A stretch of 10,945 nt of DNA. It comes from Conexivisphaerales archaeon. GTDB taxonomy: Archaea; Thermoproteota; Nitrososphaeria; Conexivisphaerales; DTJL01. The DNA lies in the NCBI GenBank assembly GCA_049509455.1, contig JBEKZX010000054.1:1-10945 (forward strand), given 5' to 3'. The notes under the pieces were generated by a model that searched no databases, was not told the DNA's origin, and saw only the letters and a program-made list of their open reading frames with translations. Made by a program: the position numbers and the translations under genes. This document shows positions 1 through 5,128 of this stretch, piece after piece (the stretch's first letter is position 1; the number at the start of each line of letters is the position of its first letter).

Positions 1-304
1 TGCGGCGGTCCCCGTTCTCCCCTTCCCAGTAGTAGGCGACCTTGTTCTTCCGCCAGCTCTTTACCTGCCTGTCGAGGCAGTTGTAGGAAAGGTTGGTCTC
101 CCATTCGGGGAACCACCTCCCGTAGGGGGGCTCATCGAGGGGTTCGAAGATGGCTCCGGCCCTCTGGTACCAGAAGAGCTCGTCGGCCACCGTCCGCCAG
201 AAGCCGTCGGGGTTCTCAAAGCTCCTGTTGTGTACCTCCCTGAGAATCTGTATGCTAGGGTGGAACCTCTCGTCTGTGGGCAGGACATCCTTGACTTCGG
301 ACAT
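1..304 (-). CDS. acs: Acetyl-CoA synthetase (acetate--CoA ligase), N-terminal 101 aa; truncated by the left window edge
   Basis: Not in the ORF track. Manual translation from ATG at 304 gives MSEVKDVLPTDERFHPSIQILREVHNRSFENPDGFWRTVADELFWYQ...PPYGRWFPEWETNLSYNCLDRQVKSWRKNKVAYYWEGENGDRR. FW..A..L.W, WF, N.SYNCLDR and K.A..WEGE are hallmark motifs of the Acs N-terminus. Confidence 0.93.
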   Translation of the reverse strand, partial: MSEVKDVLPTDERFHPSIQILREVHNRSFENPDGFWRTVADELFWYQRAGAIFEPLDEPPYGRWFPEWETNLSYNCLDRQVKSWRKNKVAYYWEGENGDRR

Positions 305-332
305 TATGTGATTCGAAAGGCCGGAGAGGTCG

Positions 333-345
333 TTTAAACTTTCGC
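333..345 (-). promoter_or_regulatory. Archaeal BRE + TATA box for acs (probably a leaderless transcript)
   Basis: Minus strand reads GCGAAAG-TTTAAA (345..333), ending 29 nt upstream of the acs ATG, which is typical spacing for leaderless archaeal mRNAs. Confidence 0.6.
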
Positions 346-569
346 TTGAGGTAGGGCGACAGGCTCGGAGTACTACGGCCGCCGCGATGTCCTCGGAGAA
401 AACCGGACGACTTTCATCCCTCTCGTGCACCGGAGGTGGGCGACATGGAAGGTGCACAATGATGTTCGGCAATCGACGACACTCCAAAACCGCCTACGTT
501 CCTGCAGTGTCCATGAGGAGGAGAACACTGGGAGAAACCTCAACTACGCCTAGGCGATAGCAAGGACTG

Positions 570-1580
570 TTGTCGTTCCGAGGCATATTTTCATATCTGC
601 GATCTCATCCCGTAGTATGCCTTTTTCTTCTTACGCCGGGCATACCGGAATACCTGACTGGCTCCAGTCCACTGAACGCCTTCGCCCTCAACCCCCTTCA
701 GTTCATGTTTCAACTTCTGCTGAACGCCGGCCTCTACCTTCCGGGCGCCCTCCTGATTCGAGAGGCGACGATACGATGGAAGAAGGGCTGGGCATCCATC
801 CTCCTGCTCGGTGCCGCGTACGGCATCCTGGAGGAGGGAATCGCGCTTGGCACACTCTACGACCCTTTGGCGAAGCCCGTGGGCGCCCTGGGTTACTATG
901 GACACTGGTTGGGAGTCTCCTGGGTCTGGACCGCCGGGATACTGCTCGTCCACATGATCTACAGCATCGCCTTGCCCATACTCCTTCTGAACCTGGCGTT
1001 GCCAAGAATACGAGGAAGGCGCCTGCTTAGTCTGCGCCAGGTATACATGTCGCTCTGCGTCCTAGGGGTGGACGTGATGGTCCTCTTCGCATTGGTCAGC
1101 TTCAGTTCGCACTTCTGGATGGGATGGCCCGTATTCGTTGGAAGCTGGTTGGCCATCGCGGCCTTGGCATGGGCCGCCCACAAGGCGTCTGCAGACCTCG
1201 CAGGTGCCAGATCGCTGTTGCCGAAGACGGGCCCCCGAACTGCATTTCTGATGGGTCTCATCTTCTTCACCTCCATCCTCTTCCCTGAGCACATCCTGAT
1301 GGGCGCAGGCGTCGCACCGGTGGCGGCTATCGTAGTCATGTATTCCCTAGAAGGCCTCCTTCTGGCCTGGATCCTCCGAAATATCGGTAAGGCGGAGAAC
1401 GAGAGAGCCACGATTGCCCTGTCCTTCGGCATGCTTGTCCCGATAGCCGTCTTCGGATTTCTGGCCGAGTTTAATTTCCCGATGATTCTGCTGGCGGACC
1501 TAGTGATGGTGCTCTTCTTCAGGATGCTCTGGAGAAGGCACGCATCTCGCCAGAAGGCAGGCGGATTGGTCATGGTTTAA
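570..1580 (+). CDS. Uncharacterised polytopic membrane protein (about 9-10 TM segments)
   Basis: 336-aa ORF with a TTG start preceded by AAGGA and an in-frame stop at 558-560. Repeated hydrophobic helices and conserved-looking motifs TPGIPEYLTGSS, YGILEEG (E88/E89) and GHWLGVSWVW...H (H112, H128). No family assignment possible from sequence alone. Confidence 0.88.
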   Translation: MSFRGIFSYLRSHPVVCLFLLTPGIPEYLTGSSPLNAFALNPLQFMFQLLLNAGLYLPGALLIREATIRWKKGWASILLLGAAYGILEEGIALGTLYDPLAKPVGALGYYGHWLGVSWVWTAGILLVHMIYSIALPILLLNLALPRIRGRRLLSLRQVYMSLCVLGVDVMVLFALVSFSSHFWMGWPVFVGSWLAIAALAWAAHKASADLAGARSLLPKTGPRTAFLMGLIFFTSILFPEHILMGAGVAPVAAIVVMYSLEGLLLAWILRNIGKAENERATIALSFGMLVPIAVFGFLAEFNFPMILLADLVMVLFFRMLWRRHASRQKAGGLVMV

Positions 1581-1597
1581 TACCGATGCACCATCCA

Positions 1598-1604
1598 AAG
1601 GAGG
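1598..1604 (+). promoter_or_regulatory. Shine-Dalgarno site for the ABC ATPase gene
   Basis: AAGGAGG 4 nt before the GTG at 1609. Confidence 0.6.
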
Positions 1605-1608
1605 CAAG

Positions 1609-2460
1609 GTGACGCGCGTGCCTTCGCTGCAGCTCGCTGAGGTGGACGCAGGCTACAACGACAGGGATGTCCTACACGACTTCACCATGTCTGTGACCGA
1701 GCCTTCCATCTACGTGGTCCTCGGCCCCAACGGCGCAGGGAAGACAACCCTCCTCAGGACGATAGCCGGGATCCTCAAGCCGACCAAGGGGAGGGTGGAC
1801 TTCGATGGCCTGGACGTATACAGTTCTAAGGACGCCAGAGGGAGGATGAACTACCTGTCTCATCTGAACGCCCTGCCGGAGGAGATGACGGTGCGTCAGG
1901 CCTTGGAGTTCTACGCCTCGATAGAAGGGGGCGACGTGGACAAGGCCCTGAGCGCGCTGGAGCTAGAACCGCTTCAGACCAGGAAACTGTCCAGCCTTTC
2001 ACAGGGGCAGAAGAAGCGCGTCTCCGTCTCCAAGGTCCTCCTGAAGGAAAGGGACCTCTACCTCCTCGACGAACCCACGAGCAACTTGGATCCGGCCGTG
2101 GCCAAGGAGGTGAGGGATCTCCTACTGAGGCTCAGCAAGAGCAAGATAGTCCTCTACTCTTCGCACAACCTCTACGAAGCCAAGGAGATAGGCACCTATC
2201 TAATTCTGATCAAGGAAGGCACACTCAAGCTCTTCGACAGGATGGAGAACATCCGTGCAAAGGAATACCGTATCGGGATAAGGGCCACGGGCGACGTCTC
2301 CAGCTTATCCAACGTCGAGCTGGTCAACGGATATTACGTCTTCAGGGTGTCAGGTCAGGACGACGTTGGGGCCATAGTCAAGAGGCTGGTCGAAACGGGG
2401 GTGACGGTGACGGAGGTCAAGGAGCTGGACAATCCGTTGGAGGAGTTCTTCACTAGGTGA
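1609..2460 (+). CDS. ABC transporter ATP-binding protein (exporter type, CcmA-like/ABC-2 ATPase)
   Basis: Walker A GPNGAGKT, Q-loop region YLSH (His, as in CcmA-type ATPases), signature LSQGQKKR, Walker B/D-loop LLDEPTSNLD, H-loop SSHN, and a C-terminal extension ending LEEFF. Confidence 0.96.
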   Translation: MTRVPSLQLAEVDAGYNDRDVLHDFTMSVTEPSIYVVLGPNGAGKTTLLRTIAGILKPTKGRVDFDGLDVYSSKDARGRMNYLSHLNALPEEMTVRQALEFYASIEGGDVDKALSALELEPLQTRKLSSLSQGQKKRVSVSKVLLKERDLYLLDEPTSNLDPAVAKEVRDLLLRLSKSKIVLYSSHNLYEAKEIGTYLILIKEGTLKLFDRMENIRAKEYRIGIRATGDVSSLSNVELVNGYYVFRVSGQDDVGAIVKRLVETGVTVTEVKELDNPLEEFFTR

Positions 2461-2464
2461 TGGG

Positions 2465-3163
2465 ATGGGGTTCAGCGTTGTGACTGCGAAGAGGGGCTTC
2501 AGGCTGGGGTTGCCATATGTGGTGCTTTCGTTCATAATGCTGGGTCCCGCCGTCCTGCTGGCAGGAGTTTCCGCCTTTAACCTTCCTACGCACGGCGTGC
2601 CGGAAAACGTAGACCTCAGCCTCTACCTTTCGCTACTTGCTGTGCCGCTCGTAAGCCTAACGGGCTTGATGGCGTCCATGCCCGTCTCTCTGCTGTTCGT
2701 GCATGACAAGGACAACGGGACCTTGGAATACCTCCTTTCGTTAGGGATGGACCAGCAGGACATCTTCAGAGGGTATCTCGGCGCGTCTCTTCTCCTCGGA
2801 ACTATCCTGCTGGCCGTCGGTCTGGTCTCGGAGGTGACTTTGGGGCTCCTCTCAAGGGACAGCGTGTCTCTCCTCGCCACTCAGGTGGTTCTCACGCTGG
2901 CTCTGGGTTACTCGGTCATCTCCTTAACCTCCATCCTGATGTCAGCCTTCAGCTCCCTCCAGAGGCAACCGATGGGGGCCAACCAACCTCTCGGCCTCGC
3001 GGTGGGAGCGCTGCTCCTGGCGGGCGCGATGATCGTCCCCGCCGTCGTGCCTGCGCTGACATTGGTCCTCGAGCTAGGGATAGCGGCACTTGTCGGACTC
3101 CTGACGCTGAGCCTCCTGTTCCTTTCGGGGCGACTCATCAGAAGGGAGAAGATGCTCCCCTAG
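2465..3163 (+). CDS. ABC-2-type transporter permease (about 6 TM)
   Basis: Starts 4 nt after the ATPase stop, with an AGGTGA SD overlapping that stop. About six hydrophobic helices and a cytoplasmic DKDNGTLEYLLSLG loop of the E/D-x-E/D-x-GTLE-xLL type found in ABC-2/CcmB-like permeases. Confidence 0.85.
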   Translation: MGFSVVTAKRGFRLGLPYVVLSFIMLGPAVLLAGVSAFNLPTHGVPENVDLSLYLSLLAVPLVSLTGLMASMPVSLLFVHDKDNGTLEYLLSLGMDQQDIFRGYLGASLLLGTILLAVGLVSEVTLGLLSRDSVSLLATQVVLTLALGYSVISLTSILMSAFSSLQRQPMGANQPLGLAVGALLLAGAMIVPAVVPALTLVLELGIAALVGLLTLSLLFLSGRLIRREKMLP

Positions 3164-3184
3164 GCAGAGGTTCCTTTCATGCTG

Positions 3185-3970
3185 CTACGGAGCTTCCCGC
3201 CCAATGACCTTCTTTCTCAAAGCTTTCGTGGATGCCAGGCTTACGATCAGACAGATTAGAGCAAGCACGAACACTATCGCCTCGAAGACGGGGACGGAGA
3301 GGGCGCCTGCAAAAGGCACCAGAGAATCGACTAATCCCATTGGCAGGGCAAGGAAGAGCAAGGACCTCCTACGGAAGAAGGCGGCCATCAGGGTCAGGTA
3401 GCCCCAGGAGAAATGGAGCAACGTCGACGATATCCTCTCGAGGATGCCGAGGCCGATAGAAGGAAGAGCCTGGAGGGGCGGTGAGAAGAGCTGGGGCTCG
3501 GCGGTCAGCAGCTGCTGATACACCTGTTGCGACAGGGAGGGAGAACCACCGGCAATGATCGTGTAGTCGGCTGCCAAGCTCACCAGTGAGAGAAGACCGA
3601 GGAGCACACCGTTCTCCCAGAAGGAGAGGCCAATCCCGTAGCCCTCCCCATCATCTGCGGTGAACTTGTCCCTCGAGACGGCGAACCGTGCCACGAGATA
3701 CGCAAGTCCCACCTCCAGGAACATGGTCTGCGCTCCATAATAGAGGCCCGTGGCGACGCTAGAAGCCCCGAAGGAGTTGGTGAACGCCTTCGCCGTAGGG
3801 ATCTGAATTACGTATTTCAGGGCGATGGCCCCAGAATAGGCCACCAGCGAGTACAGGAGGACCGATCCTGAGAATCTGCGTTTGAAGGCCCAGAAGAGGA
3901 CCAGAACGACGCTGAAGCCGAAGGAGACCAACGGGCCGAGGAAGTATACAGGATCGATGTCCTGGACCAC
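3185..3970 (-). CDS. YhfC-like glutamic-type intramembrane (metallo)protease, PrsW/CPBP clan
   Basis: 261 aa with about 7-8 TM segments. Motif order matches YhfC: FLEVG (E86, degenerate EExxR), GYGIGLSFWEN (E119), GILERISSTLLH (E178, R179, H186). GTG start preceded by GGTGGTGG. Confidence 0.78.
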   Translation of the reverse strand: MVQDIDPVYFLGPLVSFGFSVVLVLFWAFKRRFSGSVLLYSLVAYSGAIALKYVIQIPTAKAFTNSFGASSVATGLYYGAQTMFLEVGLAYLVARFAVSRDKFTADDGEGYGIGLSFWENGVLLGLLSLVSLAADYTIIAGGSPSLSQQVYQQLLTAEPQLFSPPLQALPSIGLGILERISSTLLHFSWGYLTLMAAFFRRRSLLFLALPMGLVDSLVPFAGALSVPVFEAIVFVLALICLIVSLASTKALRKKVIGREAP

Positions 3971-4289
3971 GTTCCACCACCAGCCGGAACGGTCGGGCCC
4001 TTAATCAACGAATTGAACAGGCCGAGTGCCTGGGCGAACGACAGTTGTGCCCCTCCCGTACGGTCACCCGCGTGAGCTGGGGTCCGAGCCACTGCGTATT
4101 CTTCCTGGCTCCGTCAACGCATCGGCTGCCTGAACAAGTCTATTCCTCGCGTTCGACCGTCGACTCGCGTCCTAATCATTCCTTCGTTCCAACTCACGAG
4201 CCCACGATATCGTTCAAGCTGGGCTGCGTTGATCCCGGGGAAACAGACTGAGAGACTCATCCTGAATCTGAGACCCGGGACCGGCGAAA

Positions 4290-4499
4290 TCACTTATTCC
4301 GTTTCATTTCGGCGATGGCTTCAATCCTCAGTCTTCGGAGTGTCTCGGTGTGCTCGCTGCTCTTCTTCTCGTCGATCTTCATTGTCTTCGTGTCGAAGAT
4401 TACGACTAGTGAGCAGCTGCGGCAGTAGTACTCTATTTCGCCACTGCAGGACGTGTTGCCGCTGACCCTCATCATGCCGCCGCATCCCCTGCACTGCAT
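4290..4499 (-). CDS. Small zinc-ribbon protein with a charged helical C-terminus
   Basis: 69 aa with two CxxC pairs (CRGC...CRSC). A TATA-like TTTACATA lies 24-31 nt upstream and GGAG just before the ATG. Confidence 0.7.
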   Translation of the reverse strand: MQCRGCGGMMRVSGNTSCSGEIEYYCRSCSLVVIFDTKTMKIDEKKSSEHTETLRRLRIEAIAEMKRNK

Positions 4500-4511
4500 C
4501 GAGCTCCATTA

Positions 4512-4530
4512 CGGCGCCGAATTATGTAAA
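4512..4530 (-). promoter_or_regulatory. TATA-like box plus adjacent 8-bp palindrome
   Basis: TTTACATA (4530..4523) followed 3 nt downstream by CGGCGCCG (4512-4519). Confidence 0.45.
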
Positions 4531-4578
4531 CGTATTCGCTAGACGTAGGTCCAACATGAGACAAGAGAGACGAGCCTA

Positions 4579-4974
4579 TTAGCAGTGCCACTGGCCGCCA
4601 GACCAATACTTGTAATGAATGTTGACAGGTCCGCTGCTCTGGGCGGTCGGATTCCAGACCATGCCGCAACCGAGTATGTAGAAAGACGGCGACACCTGCG
4701 CGGTGGACGTGGCTGATGAACCAAATAGACTCACGCTCGCGAAAGTGTATGGGACGATCGGTGCAAAGAGGCACGCCACAAGAAGTGCAAATACAAGAAC
4801 AATCCCCACTATCCATTTCCATGCAGATGGTGACGCTGACCTTGGTGGTTGTCTCTGGTATGGAGGGGATGGAAGTTGCGCCGCCAGCGGAGGTGGCACA
4901 AGCTTGAGCCCGCAGTTCGGACAGAAATTCGTCCCCTCAACGAAACCCTTTCCACACCGAGGGCAAAACGGCAT
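4579..4974 (-). CDS. Zinc-ribbon-domain single-pass membrane protein
   Basis: N-terminal CPRCG...FCPNCG zinc ribbon, Pro/Gln-rich linker, TM helix WIVGIVLVFALLVACLFAPIV, and a short C-terminal domain with two Cys. Confidence 0.85.
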   Translation of the reverse strand: MPFCPRCGKGFVEGTNFCPNCGLKLVPPPLAAQLPSPPYQRQPPRSASPSAWKWIVGIVLVFALLVACLFAPIVPYTFASVSLFGSSATSTAQVSPSFYILGCGMVWNPTAQSSGPVNIHYKYWSGGQWHC

Positions 4975-4985
4975 TGCACCCGAAG

Positions 4986-5010
4986 TGAGTCGACTCAGAT
5001 ATTTAACTTT
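4986..5010 (-). promoter_or_regulatory. BRE/TATA box plus 12-bp perfect palindrome (candidate operator)
   Basis: Minus strand AAAG-TTAAATA (5010..5000), 26-32 nt upstream of ATG 4974. TGAGTCGACTCA (4986-4997) lies between the TATA box and the start codon. Confidence 0.55.
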
Positions 5011-5128
5011 GGGAGGGGCTTAGGATCCTATGCTCAAGTGTGTGCGTGAGATGCTGAGAATGCGCGGCTCAGCCAAACCGTCGGTGAAGGTCTCGATGAT
5101 CGTGCCTGGCGGTGAGCGTGCTCCGCCC

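Noticed and set aside
61-288. 75-aa minus-strand ORF in the track
   Set aside because: Alternative frame inside acs. The real frame (ATG 304, open to the edge) carries the Acs motifs.
431-462. GGAGGTG SD-like site followed by ATG at 445
   Set aside because: It opens only a 5-aa peptide (MEGAQ*). No support for function or for UGA recoding.
1990-2020. ABC signature LSQGQ instead of LSGGQ
   Set aside because: Common variation among exporter-type and CcmA-like ATPases. Walker A, Walker B and the H-loop are intact.
591-3459. Many overlapping or antisense ORFs (591..953, 617..1030, 703..1005, 959..1573, 1062..1292, 1672..1863, 2350..2535, 2623..2880, 2908..3138, 3204..3401, 3232..3459)
   Set aside because: Shadow frames of well-supported GC-rich genes; Arg/Pro/Ser-rich with no motifs.
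4321-5049. Alternative ORFs 4321..4509, 4472..4822, 4539..4724, 4703..5023, 4716..4907 and 4849..5049
   Set aside because: They overlap the two zinc-ribbon genes, which have clear motifs and correctly spaced TATA boxes.
5053-5073. GCTGAG-N9-CTCAGC hairpin downstream of the surface-protein stop
   Set aside because: Only a 6-bp stem with no U-tract; expected by chance and not the archaeal oligo-T terminator type.
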